In this document: piece after piece, positions 11,344 to 22,457 of the stretch | Numbering within the stretch: position 1 is the first letter of the stretch | How the letters are laid out: each line of letters opens with the position of its first letter | Assembly: GCA_977017645.1 (NCBI GenBank) | Contig: OZ360239.1 | Coordinates: 50,282,001 to 50,346,000, forward strand | Direction: 5' to 3' | Source of the DNA: Torpedo marmorata | Taxonomy: Eukaryota | Length of the DNA: 64,000 nucleotides | Position numbers and translations under genes: made by a program | The notes under the pieces: model-generated | Database searches by the model: none | What the model was told of the DNA's origin: nothing | Seen by the model: only the letters and a program-made list of their open reading frames with translations

Positions 11344-12626
11344 TGGACCAAAGACCCGACCAGTCACCCTCTACCACCACCCTCCTCCGCCTGGCAGAAC
11401 TTGTCCTTACTCTCAATAACTTCTCCTTCAACTCATCCCACTTCCTCCAAATCAAAGGAGTAGCCATGGGTACCCGCATGGGTCCCAGCTACGCCTGCCT
11501 GTTTGTGGGCTTTGTGGAGCAATCCATGCTGCAAGCCTACACAGGCAACACCCCTCATCTCTTCCTCCGGTATATCGACGACTACATCGGGGCTGCCTCA
11601 TGCACCCACGATGAGCTTGTCAACTTCATCCACTTCGCATCCAACTTTCACCACGATCTCAAACTCACCTGGTCCATCTCCGATAACACTCTCCCCTTCC
11701 TGGATCTCTCTGTCTCCATCTCGGGAGACAAGCTTTCCACCGACATTTACTACAAACCCTCCAACTCCCACAACTATCTGGACTACACATCCTCACACCC
11801 TGTCCCCTGCAAGCACTCCATCCCCTTCTCTCAATTTCTCCGCCTTCGCCGCATCTGTTCCCAAGATGAGGTGTTCCCCTCCAGATCTTCTGAAATGTCT
11901 GCCTTTTTCCACAAACGTGGCTTCCCCTCCACCACCATCAACTCAGCCCTCACCCGCATCTCCTCCATTTCCCGCTCATCTGCCCTGGCCCCCTCTGCCC
12001 CCAGACGCAACAAACATAGAATACCCCTCATCCTCACCTACCACCCCACCAGCCTCCGCATCCAACACATTATCCGCCGGAATTTCCGGCACTTGCTGCA
12101 GGATCCCACCACCAGACACATTTTTCCTTCTCTTCCCCTCTCGGCCTTCCGTAGGGACCGCTCCCTCCGCGATTCACTCGTGCACTCGTCCCTCCCCACC
12201 CATCGCACCCCCGGAACCTTCCCCTGTGCCCGCAGGAGGTGCAACACCTGCGCCCACACCTCCCCCCTCACCACGGTCCAGGGCCCCAAACAGGCCTTTC
12301 AAGTGAAACTACACTTCACTTGTACATCCAGAGGACTTATTTACTGCATCCGGTGCTCCCTTTGTGGCTTTCTATACATTGGAGAGACCGGTCGTAGATT
12401 GGGAGACCGCTTTGCTGAGCACCTCCTCTCCGTCCGCAACAACAGCGACTTCCCAGTAGCCAACCATTTCAATTCTGGGTCACACTCCCACACTCACATG
12501 TCTGTCCATGGCCTCATGTACTATCCCACCCAGACTACCCGCAAATTGGAGGAACAACATCTCATATTCCGTCTCGGCACTCTCCAGCCAGATGGAATTA
12601 ACATTGACTTTTCTGCTTTCCACTAA
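11344..12626 (+). CDS. Penelope RT plus GIY-YIG endonuclease (5'-truncated, open frame)
   Basis: ORF 11259-12626: GVAMGTRMGPSYA, RYIDD, LPFLD, Cys linker CARRRCNTC, LIYCIRC..C..YIGETGRRLGDRFAEH, VANHFN, GINID. The first 28 or so codons are read from the inverted pLTR. Confidence 0.9.
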
Positions 12627-12810
12627 ACCTGCTTGTTGTTCCCTTCCCCTCCCCCTCACCTGTCCTTCCTGTTTTTTTCCACCCAACCAGCCATCCCTCC
12701 TCCCCCTCTTTGCTGCTGTCCCCTCCCTCCTTTCTCCACCTATCATCTCCTGCCTTTCCCACCCCCCTTCCCCCCTCACTCCTTTGTTCGGACGTCTGCC
12801 GGCATTTTCT

Positions 12811-12850
12811 CATACTTTGATGAAGGGCTCAAGCCTGAAACGTCGGTTAT
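12811..12850 (+). ncRNA. Minimal hammerhead-ribozyme-like motif in Penelope pLTR
   Basis: catact-TTGATGA-a-GGGC-tcaa-GCCT-GAAAC-GTC-ggttatg; related copies near 20165, 22076, 37303 and 60680-60716 (minus). Confidence 0.6.
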
Positions 12851-13064
12851 GTATTTCTACCTTTGCTACATAAAAGACACTGTTTGACCTGCTGAGTTCT
12901 CCAGCTTTTGTGTTTTTAACTTAATTTTGGTACTCTTAAACCATGAATGATTCATTCTGACAATTTTTCAAGACTTCTGCGTTTCTTAATTCTGGGCTTT
13001 TGCGCATCCCTATTTTCATTAATTCCCTGCTGTTGATCATGTCTTCAGGTCCTTTGGTCTAAAG

Positions 13065-13315
13065 CAGCCATTCTCAACCTTTTTGGCAATGGCTCCCCTA
13101 GGACATGACTCAACATTTATGGGCCCCATTCCCTGTGAAGCTGTCAAGTTTTGGTTTCTTCCGTTCTTCTCTCCTACAGACTATATAAAAAATATAACAA
13201 ATATTTATATTACGTGAGGTGAAAAGAAAACAAGGCTTTTACTTAAATGTGCTGTTGCCCCCCCAGGAGCAGAGAGGGGGTTGCGGGTGAGTATGGCTCC
13301 CGTTGAGAATGACTG
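13065..13315. mobile_element. hAT-Charlie-type MITE (251 bp)
   Basis: 14-bp TIR cagccattctcaac / gttgagaatgactg (one mismatch); 8-bp TSD GTCTAAAG (13057-13064 / 13316-13323). Confidence 0.9.
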
Positions 13316-14003
13316 GTCTAAAGCACCTGATCTCTTTGCCTTCCTACTCTACTCCCTTAAGATGCTCACTGAAGCCTAACTCTGACAAAGCCTTTGTCAT
13401 CTGTCCCATTGGCTCCTTAAGTGGCTTGATGTAAACATTTGTTTCATGAAGGTCCTATTTAAGCTGTCATTTAAGTCTCCAGTTTAAGATGTTTCACCTT
13501 TTATATAAATGCAAGTTGATTTTGTTGAGAAGTGGAATTCTCCCTCTTTTGGTCACTAACACCCAACATCTATGCAGGATGTCACAGCTGGAATCACTCT
13601 GCAGTGACCTTCTCTCTGCAAAATTATCAGTAAAATATTTATCAATGTTTGCAATCAGATAATACAGAACAAACATACAATAAAACTGTAATTAGAGAGA
13701 AAACTGTTGACAGTGTGAAGAGGTGAAGACTGTTGTAGAATTGTAAGATTCGTTTTTTCTGGAGATTAGTGGAGAATGGTAGAACATTCTCTCATTAAAA
13801 TCACCAAACTAACAGTGTAGTAACTCCATTGTTGATGCCAGTACCAACCTTACAGAGTTAGGGTTAGGAGTACTTCATATTGCATCTGTGAGATTTTTTT
13901 CTATTCCCACTTCTACCACTCTTTTACAATTCTAAGTGTCTTTGCCCGTTAGTTTGGAATTAAGCACAGTTATATAATGAAATGGTATTTTGAATCATTG
14001 TAA

Positions 14004-14342
14004 TGTAGCGTGAGCTACACAGAATTCTGAAGAACAACACACAGTCGGTGGGTTGCAAGCAAGACTGTTTAATCGGGTCTCGCAGCCTTGGCTTTTAAGC
14101 AGGGCTGCGAGCTTAATTGCTGTCGTTTACATGACCGTTGCCGCTTAATCGCTGTCATCTACATGACAACGGGAGCTGTACATTACAATGGTAACTTTCC
14201 AGGGTCTCCTGTCCTTCTTCTCCTGGTTGAAGAAGGAAGGGGGACGATGCCATCTTTGCGCTGGCACCTGCTATTGCCACGTGTACTTGTGCGGCCGCCA
14301 TCGCGGGCACCGGTTCACTTGCCCAGAGCGGGTACTGCTACA
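14004..14342 (-). repeat. 3' LTR of the Gypsy element (339 bp)
   Basis: tgtagcgtgagc...gctaca; matches 18091-18397 plus an extra 32-bp repeat unit. Confidence 0.92.
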
Positions 14343-17300
14343 CATCCCCCCCCAGAACTGGTGTTAGAGTCTCTCGGTTGTTGGGGAGGCTGGCCCCTGC
14401 CTCTGGGTGCCTGTAGTTCAATAGGTTGAGTTAAGTCCATGTGTGCTGGTTTTAAATGGTCTGTCGTGAAACATTCTTCTTTATCCCCAATGTCCAATAT
14501 GAAGGTGGAGCCGTTATTTTTAACTACCCGGAAAGGGCCTTCGTAAGGCCGTTGTAGTGGTGCCCTGTGTGGTCCCCTTCTGACGAACACATACTCACAG
14601 CTCCGCAGGTTGTTGGGGATGCGCTCGGGCCGCTGTCCACGTTGCGACGTGGGGATCGGTGCTAGCTTGCCGAGTTGCTCGCGGAGTCTGTTGAGCATCT
14701 CTGCTGTGCTGGCATCTTGCCCCCTTGGGGCAGGTAGGAATTCCCCTGGTATCACCAGGGGGGTTCTGTAGACCAATTCTGCCGACAAGGTATTGAGGTC
14801 TTCTTTAGGCGCTGTGCGGATCCCCAGGAGGACCCACGGCAGCTCGTCCACCCAATTTGGACCGTCTAGGCGGGCCATTAGAGAGGCTTTTAGGTGGCGG
14901 TGGAAGCGTTCCACTAAACCATTGGATTGTAGGTGGTAAGCCTTCGTTTTGTGGAGCTGTGTGCCCAGCAAGTTGGCCATGGCTGCCCACGGGGCTGATG
15001 TAAATTGGGCCCCCCTGTCTGAGGTAATGTGGGCTGGCACCCCAAAGCATGCGACCCACGTGGTGATAAGAGCTCTGGTACAGGTTTCGGTGGTGATGTC
15101 CGCGAGAGGGACTGCCTCGGGCCAGCGAGTGAAACGGTCCACCATGGTGAGGAGGTATCGCGCTCCTCTGGAGATGGGTAGGGGGCTTACCAGGTCTACG
15201 TATGTGGTCAAATCGCCTGGTCGTTGGCTCAAATTTTTGTGGCTGGGTCTTTGTGTGGTTTTGGACTTTTGAGGTCTGGCACTGCACGCAGTTCTTGGCC
15301 CATTCGGTGACTTTCTTGCGGAGACCGTGCCAGACGAATTTACTGGAAATAAGTTTAGCGGTAGTTCTGATGGACGGGTGGGATAAGCCGTGAATGGAAT
15401 CGAAAACCTGCCTCTGCCACGTGGCTGGGACAATGGGTCGGGGGTGGCCTGTTGAGACATCACATAGGAGAGTTTGCTCACCTGTGCCGATGGCGATGTC
15501 CTGTAGTTGCAGCCCGGTGGTCGCAGTTCTGAAACAGTGCGTCTCTTCATCAGCCTGCTGCGCCTCTGCCAGGGTGGTGTAGTCAATCCCTTGGGCTAAG
15601 GCTTGGATAGTTGGCTGGGATAGTGCATCCGCTACAGCGTTGTCCTTTCCTGAGACATGCTGAATCTGTGTCGTGAACTCAGATATGTAGGACAATTGGC
15701 GCTGTTGGCAGGCTGACCAGGGGTCGGAGACTTTCGAGAACACAAAAGTGAGCGGTTTGTGGTCATTGAAGGCAGTGAATGTTCTACCTGCCAGAAAGTA
15801 TCGAAAGTGCTGTATGGCCAGGTACAGTGCTAGTAGCTCCAGGTCGAAGGTGCTGTATTTAAGTTCGGGTGGCCGTAAATGTCTACTGAAAAAGGCCAAG
15901 GGTTTCCAGCTGCCTTCACTAAACTGCTCCAGTACCCCGCCGACTGCCGTGTTTGAAGCGTCCACCGTGAGGGAGGTTGGCACGTCGGTTCTGGGGTGAA
16001 CAAGCATCGTGGCATCAGCCAGGGCCTCTTTGGCTTTGTTAAAAGCCGCAGTGGATTCCACGTCCCAAACCAGCACTTTGACTTTGCCAGCCATGAGAGT
16101 GAAAAGCGGACGCATGATGCGGGCTGCTGCTGGCAGGAACCTGTGATAAAAATTGACCATCCCCACGAACTCCTGGAGGCCCTTGACAGTGGACGGTCGG
16201 GGGAATTTGCGAACCGCGTCCACTTTGTCGGGTAGGGGAGTTGCGCCATGGCGTGTGATCCTATGGCCCAGGAAGTCAATTGTGGAGAGGCCGAACTGGC
16301 ATTTGGCCAGGTTGACTGTAAGGCCGAATTGGTTTAGGCTGTTGAACAGCTGGCGGAGGTGTGCTATGTGCTCCTGGCGGGTTTTACTGACGATAAGTAT
16401 ATCATCCAAGTAAATGAAAAGGAAGTCCAAATCCCGCCCTTCCGCATCCATTAAGCATTTGAATGTTTGGGCTGCGTTCTTTAGCCCGAATGGCATGCGG
16501 AGGAATTCAAACAGGCCAAAAGGGGTTATGATGGCTGTTTTGGGCACATCCTCCTGTAGCACGGGGATTTGGTGATAACCTCGGATGAGGTCGACCTTTG
16601 AGAATATAGTCGCCCCGTGCAGGTTGGCCGCGAAGTCCTGAATGTGGGGTACAGGTTAGCGGTCGGGAGTGGTGGCTTAATTAAGCCTGCGGTAGTCACC
16701 GCATGGCCTCCACCCGCCGGATGCTTTTGGCACCATGTGCAGTGGGCTTGCCCAGGGACTATCAGAGCGCCTGATTATCCCTAAGGCCTCCATCCTGCTA
16801 AACTCCTCTTTGGCTAGTCGGAGGTTATCCGGGGGCAAACGGCGTGCGCGGGCGTGGAGCGGTGGGCCCTGGGTGGTGATGTGGTGCCTGACGCCGTGCT
16901 TGGGCATCTCTGCTGTGAACTTGGGGTCGGAAATCGACGGGAAATCAGCGAGCAAGCGGGTGAAATCGTCCTCTGGCTGCGCTACGGAGCTCAGCTGGGT
17001 GGAGTGGTGATTGAATTTTTGCAGGGCAAAGGATTGGAAGGTCCGTGCGTGGACCAGCCGCTTACCCTGCAGGTCTACCAGTAAGCTGTGTGCCCTGAGG
17101 AAGTTGCCCCTAGGATGGGCAGCCACACGTTTGCGAGCATGAACTCCCACGAGAAATGGCTGTCGCTGAACCGGAGGTATGCCGTCCTCGGGCCGAATGT
17201 CGGAATGGAGCTGCCGTTGGTGGCCCGCAGCGCGTGTCCCTGTGACTGGATCCTGGTTTCATACGGTGTCGGGGGAATAATGCTGATTTCAGCTCCTGTG

Positions 17301-17446
17301 TCCGCGAGGAACCACCGTCCGGAATTCTTGTCCCTGACATACAGTAGGCTGTCTCTGTGGCCATCCGTCGTAGCTACTAGCGACAGCTGGCCTTGTCGTT
17401 TCCCGTAAACTTGCAGAGGGACCTGCACTGGTGGTAGAAACACCAA
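14343..17446 (-). pseudogene. pol: Gypsy pol (protease, RT, RNase H, integrase with GPF motif)
   Basis: FLADTGAEIS; SPWASPLHMVPK..WRPCGDYRRLN; MPFGLKNA, YLDDIL; VDASN..GGVL, YSTFDLEL, DHKPL, NAVADALS; HPSI..CVQCQ; VDRFTRW, TSDRG, SNGLVERFHR, YEGPF. Confidence 0.93.
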
Positions 17447-18051
17447 TCGAGGTTGGCGTTGTCGCTGCTGCTACCGTGGGCTGTGCGTTCGGTGGGATGA
17501 GCAGGGTTGGGGTGTTGGGTTTTTGGTTTGACCACTTGGTCGACCATTGTCTGACTCACCCTTCCTGCTTCCCAGAGAGTGTCCGCTCGAGTTGCCACCG
17601 TCCTGGGCGTGGAGAAATCCGCCTCTGCGACTGCCAGGCGCACGTTGAGTGGCATCATCTCTAAGAAGACCTGCTCGAAGAAAAGGCACGTGTGGCCTCC
17701 TGTGAGGGCCAGCATCTCGTCCATGAACTGTGTGGCCGATTTGTCTCCCAGCCCGTCCAGCCGCAGGAAGCGGGCACCCTGCTCCCGTCGCAAAAGCCCG
17801 AAAGTGTTCATCAACAGGGCTTTGAAAGCGGGGTATTTACCCTCCTCCGGTGGTCAGTGCAGGAAATCTTCCACCCGTGCGGCTGCATCCTCTCCGAGTG
17901 AGCTGACCACATGGTAGTACTTGGTGGCATCTCCGGTGATGCTGCGGAGTGCAAACTGTGCTTCTGCCTGATCGAACCACACATGGGGTCGGTGGGTCCA
18001 GAAGGTCGGCAGCTTGACGGCGACTGCGCTGATGGCTGTGGAGTCGGTCAT
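17377..18051 (-). pseudogene. gag: Gypsy gag, frameshifted
   Basis: MTDSTAISAVAVKLPTFWTHRPHVWFDQAEAQF...KYYHVVSSL, continuing in ORF 17377-17814 (GLGDK, WCFYH...C). Confidence 0.88.
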
Positions 18052-18076
18052 TGTAGGTCCAAATTCGTTTGGACTT

Positions 18077-18089
18077 GTCGGGGTTACCA
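18077..18089 (-). promoter_or_regulatory. Primer-binding site complementary to tRNA-Trp 3' end
   Basis: Sense TGGTAACCCCGAC versus the tRNA-Trp PBS TGGTGACCCCGAC (one mismatch), 1 nt from the 5' LTR. Confidence 0.85.
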
Positions 18090-18090
18090 A

Positions 18091-18397
18091 TGCAGCGTGA
18101 GCTACACATAATTCTGAAGAACAACACACAGTCGGTGGGTTGCAAGCAAGACTGTTTAATCGGGTCTCACAGCCCTGGCTTTTAAGCAGGGCTGTGAGCT
18201 TAATTGCTGTCGTTTACATGACAATGGGAGCTGTACATTACAATGGGAACTTTCCCGGGTCTCCTGTCCTTCTTCTCCTGGCTGAAGAGGTAGGGTGGTC
18301 GGTGCCATCTTTGCGCCGGCCCCTGCTGTTGCCACGTGTACTTGCGCGGCCGCCATTGTGGGCACCAGTTCGCTTGCCCAGAGCGAGTACCGCTACA
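18091..18397 (-). repeat. 5' LTR of the Gypsy element (307 bp)
   Basis: tgcagcgtgagc...gctaca, adjacent to the PBS. Confidence 0.92.
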
Positions 18398-18717
18398 GTA
18401 AGATACTTATTGCAATTCACAACTTAACAACTATTTTCTGACCAATGAAATATGTAATTAATTCTGAACTGCAAAGTTAAATGCAGATTTTTATTACATG
18501 ATAATAAAGGAACCTTGAGATGTAATTATGTTTGCAGGTCATAGATATTAAAATAAAGTTTAAAGGACAGTGAAAAAAACACTTGTTTTATACTTTTGAC
18601 CATGTTTATTGTATAGTAGGTATTTGTTTTTGGCAGTACATTTGAGAAAGTTATCATGCAGGGATAACCTGCGTCAAAGTTGATTCAGCAGATTGATGTT
18701 GTGGTACATTAATGTCA

Positions 18718-19138
18718 AAATCAGGATCAGGTTTATTGTCATGAACGTGTCATGAAATTTGTTGTTTTGTGGCAGCAATATTGTGCAGAGCAAGATGCAA
18801 AAATTACTATACATTATAATTTCATAAATACAAGATTTAAAAATAAATAACTAGTGCTAAAAAGTGAAGAAGTGAGGTGGTGTCCATAGGTTCATTGTCT
18901 GTTCAGAAATCTGATTGTCGAGGGGAACAAGTTGTTTTTGTAATGTTGAGTGTGTGTCTTCAGGCTCCTGTACCTTCTCCCTGGTGATAGCAATGAGAAA
19001 AGGGCATGACCTGGATGGTGAGAGTCCTTGATGATAGATGCTGCTTTCTTGAGGCACTGCCTCTTAAAGATGTCATTAATGGAGGGAAGACTAATACCCA
19101 TGATGGCGCTAGCAGAGTTTACAACCCTTTGTAGCCTG
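18718..19138 (-). mobile_element. Rex1/Babar LINE 3' fragment
   Basis: RLQRVVNSASAIMG..LPSI..CLKKAASIIKD.HHPGH.LF.LL..GRRYRS...FP.TIR.LN, plus gacaataa tail. Confidence 0.8.
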
Positions 19139-20885
19139 TTCCTTGAGTAGACTGTACGTCTCCAAATGCTCATAGATCCTATCCTTAAGAATCCTCTCCA
19201 ATAGTTTGCACACCACTGACGTAAGACTCACCGGTCTATAATTCCCAGGATTCTCCCTATTACTCTTTTTAAACAAGGGGACTACATTTGCCATTCTCCA
19301 ATCCTCCGGCACCTCCCCTGCGGCCAACGAGGATTCAAAGATCATAGCTACTACCCCAGCTATCTTTTCTCTCACTTCCCACAGCAACCTGGGGTATATC
19401 GCATCTGGCCCCGGGGACTTATCAATCTTGATGTTTTTAAGAAGATCCAACACTTCCTCTTCCTTAATCTCCACATTGTCCAGCACACAGGCCTGTTCAA
19501 TTTCGACCTCACCCTGATCAAGGTCCTTTTCTCTTGTGAATACTGACGCAAAGTATTCATTTAGGACCTCCCCAACCTCCTCTGCCTCCAGGTACATGTT
19601 GCCTCCTTTATCCTTTAGTGGCCCCACCTTCATTCTCGTCATCTTTCTGTTCTTCACATACGCATAGAATGCCTTGGGGTTCTCCTTAATCCTACATGCC
19701 AAGGCCTTCTCATACCCCCTTCGAGCTATCCTAAGTCCTTTCTTAAGCTCCTTCCTGGCTACCATATATTTATCATGAGCCCTTCCTGTTTCCTGCTTTC
19801 TATATCTAACATATGCTTCCTTCTTCCTCTTGACTAGTTGCCTGACCTGTTTCGTCAGCCACGGTTCCCTTTTCCTACCATCTTTTCCTTGTCCCAGTGG
19901 GACAAACCTATCTTGAACCCTGCACAAGTGGTCCCTAAACTTCCTCCACTTTACTTCTGTGCTTTCACCCTTAAACATCTGTTTCCAATTTACTCTCGCT
20001 AGTTCCTGCCTCATCCCTTCATAATTAGCCCTTCCCCAGTTAAGCACTTTCCCATTTTGTCTGTTTTTATCCTTTTCCATAGCTATGCTGAAGCTAAGGG
20101 AGTTGTCGGCAGGCGTTTTCTCATACTTCATCAAAGTATGAGAAAGCGCCTGCCGGCATTTTCTCATACTTTGATGAAGGGCTCAAGCCCGATACGTCGG
20201 TTATGTATTTCTACCTTTGCTACATAAAAGACACTGTTTGACCTGCTGAGTTTCTCCAGCATTTGTGTTTTTTACTTCAACCACAGTGTCTACAGATTTT
20301 CGTGTTTTACTTCTAAGGGAGTTGTGGTCACTGTCACCAAAATGCTCCCCCACTGAGACGTCCGCCACCTGACCAGGTTCATTACCTAGAACCAGATCCA
20401 GTATGGCCTCTCCTCTCGTCGGCCGGTCCACATACTGTGTCAGGAATCCTTCTTGAACACACCTGACAAATTCAGCCCCATCTATCCCTCTTGCAGTCAA
20501 GAGGTGCCAGTCAATATTAGGGAAGTTGAAATCACCCATAACTACAACCCTGTATTTCCCACACCATTCCAAAATCTGCCTGCTTATCTGCTCCTTGGTG
20601 TCCTGAGGGCTATTTGGGGGCCTATAGACTACTCACAGCACAGTGATGGCTCCCTTCCTCTTTCTGACTTCCACCCACACCGATTCAGTGGACACTCCCT
20701 CTGCAGTGTCCTCCCTTTCTATAGCCGTAATACTATCCCTGACCAGTAATGTTACTCCCCCCCCCTTTTCTACCTCCCATCCTATTCTTTTTAAAACACC
20801 TGAACCCCGGTACCTGCATCAGCCAATCTTGCTCTTCCTCCAGCCAAGTTTCAGTAATGGCCACAACATCGTAGTTCCACGTACT
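19139..20885 (-). mobile_element. CR1 LINE ORF2 fragment (APE endonuclease to start of RT)
   Basis: VMGDFNFPNIDW, PTRGEAILDLV, GDSDHN, KSPGPD, VPEDWRMANVVPLFKK, NYRPVSLTS. Confidence 0.9.
20107..20312 (+). mobile_element. Penelope pLTR-only insertion with 5' fold-back
   Basis: 13-bp TSD CTAAGGGAGTTGT (20094-20106 / 20313-20325) inside CR1; nearly identical to 12795-12917. Confidence 0.88.
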
Positions 20886-21613
20886 GATGACCGTTCATAA
20901 ATTTCTGTTAAAATGAATACAAAAATCTCAAGAACTATTTTTTGAAAGTGCCTATCTTGTAACCATACAGCTCAAGAACACTGGATTATCATTATTTCCC
21001 ACCGTACAACCAAAGCAAAGTTGAGCAAATGTTAAAGTTAGGTTTCTTATTTGAGTACATAATCAATCGACACTAGGAAAATCAATTGAATGCAAATTAT
21101 AATACTTTAATTTTTTGGAGATCCTTCTCATAAAGATTTTAAATTAAATTAAAATCAGAGGTTAAAGTGTGCCATGCAACAATGTTGTCACTTAACTTTT
21201 CTGTTTGATCATTGTACTCCTCGACCTATGACCGTAATTGGGACCGAAGGATTAGTCATAACTCGGATTGGTCGTAAGTCAGATTCACCCTACCGCGCAT
21301 GTCTTAACGAGGTCTTAAAGCAATTTTTCAAAAACATTTTCAACAAATGAACCTTTAATGAAGAATCTCAACATATGTACAGCACAGTACCTTGAATAAA
21401 GATACTCAACATATGAACTTCAAGTAAATAATAAAGAATCTCAACATATATACAGTACTTTTAATACAAAATATGTACTGTACCTGTAAAGTAGTTTTGA
21501 TAAAGATTGTCAACATTTGAACTATAATCGGAAGTCTCTTCATCTGAACTTGATCCCATCACTGCACTTGTACTGGTACTTGGCTGTGGTTCCTCACAGT
21601 CTTCTCCTTCTTC

Positions 21614-22187
21614 TCCGGTGCTCCCTTTGTGGCTTTCTCTACATCGCAGAGACTGGTCGTAGATTGGGAGATCGTTTTGCTGAGCACCTCCTTTCCGTCT
21701 GCAACAACAGCGACCTCCCAGTAGCCAGCCATTTCAATTCCGAGTCACACTCCCACACTCACATGTCTGTCCATGGCCTTACGTACTATCCCACCCAGAC
21801 TACCTGCAAATTGGAGGAACAACATCTCATTTTCCGTCTGGGCACTCTCCAGCCAGATGGCATTAACATTGACTTTTCTGCTTTCCACTAAACCTGCTTG
21901 TCTTTTCCTTCCCCTCCCCCTCACCTGTCCTTCCAGTTTTTTTCCACCCACCCAGCCATCCCTCCTCCCCCTCTTTGCTGCTGTCCCCTCCCTCCTTTCT
22001 CCACCTATCATCTCCTGCCTTTGCCACCCCCCTTCTCCCCCTCACTCTTTTGTTCGGATGCCTGCCGGCATTTTCTCATACTTTGATGAAGGGCTCAAGC
22101 CCAAAACGTCAGTTATGTATTTCTACCTTTGCTACATAAAAGACACTGTTTGACCTGTTGAGTTTCTCCAGCATTTGTGTTTTTTTC
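21614..22187 (+). mobile_element. Penelope 3' fragment (GIY-YIG end plus pLTR)
   Basis: Close copy of 12349-12917; 10-bp TSD CTCCTTCTTC (21604-21613 / 22188-22197). Confidence 0.9.
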
Positions 22188-22280
22188 CTCCTTCTTCATG
22201 GGTTGATGGGCAGGGGGTTGATGAAGGACATTTGAAGAACATTCGTTTGCACTGTTTGTTTCTTTTTTTCATCGTAAATT

Positions 22281-22457
22281 TGACAATAGACAATAGGTGC
22301 CATTCGGCCCTTCGAGCCAGCACCGCCACTCACTGTGATAATGGCAGTACCCCGTTCCTGCCTTCTCCCCATATCCCGTGACTCCGCTATCTTTACGAGC
22401 TCTATCTAACTCTTTCTTGAAAGCATCCAGAGAATTGGCCTCCACTGCCTTCTGAGG
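22281..22457 (-). mobile_element. CR1 3'-end fragment
   Basis: PQKAVEANSLDAFKKELD..GYGEKAG and (CTATTGT)n tail as at 41277-41300. Confidence 0.8.

Larger units (their letters stand above)
11237..12917 (+). mobile_element. Young, 5'-truncated Penelope-like element (Neptune type) with inverted 5' pLTR piece
   Basis: 15-bp TSD AACTTAATTTTGGTA (11222-11236 / 12918-12932); 11271-11343 is the reverse complement of 12845-12917 with one mismatch. Confidence 0.92.
10940..13470 (+). mobile_element. Ancient L2-like LINE 3' relic, interrupted by a Penelope element and a hAT MITE
   Basis: Degenerate aatcttggtgttgtacttgacc and gaaaccagatccatgct...tagactggattat (ETLIHAF..SRLDY-like) motifs; sequence continues across both insertions. 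Confidence 0.45.
14004..18397 (-). mobile_element. Gypsy/Ty3 LTR retrotransposon, full-length with frameshifts
   Basis: LTRs 14004-14342 and 18091-18397; 4-bp TSD GTAA (14000-14003 / 18398-18401); G-rich PPT at about 14345-14358; gag-PR-RT-RH-IN order. Confidence 0.95.

Noticed and set aside
11503-12306. 267-aa Pro/Ser/Thr-rich ORF as a mucin-like gene
   Set aside because: Alternative frame of the C-rich Penelope coding strand.
13496-13620. Possible minus-strand host exon (ttttgcag acceptor, AAG/gtgaaa donor)
   Set aside because: No recognisable protein similarity and no partner exons; splice-like words are common by chance.
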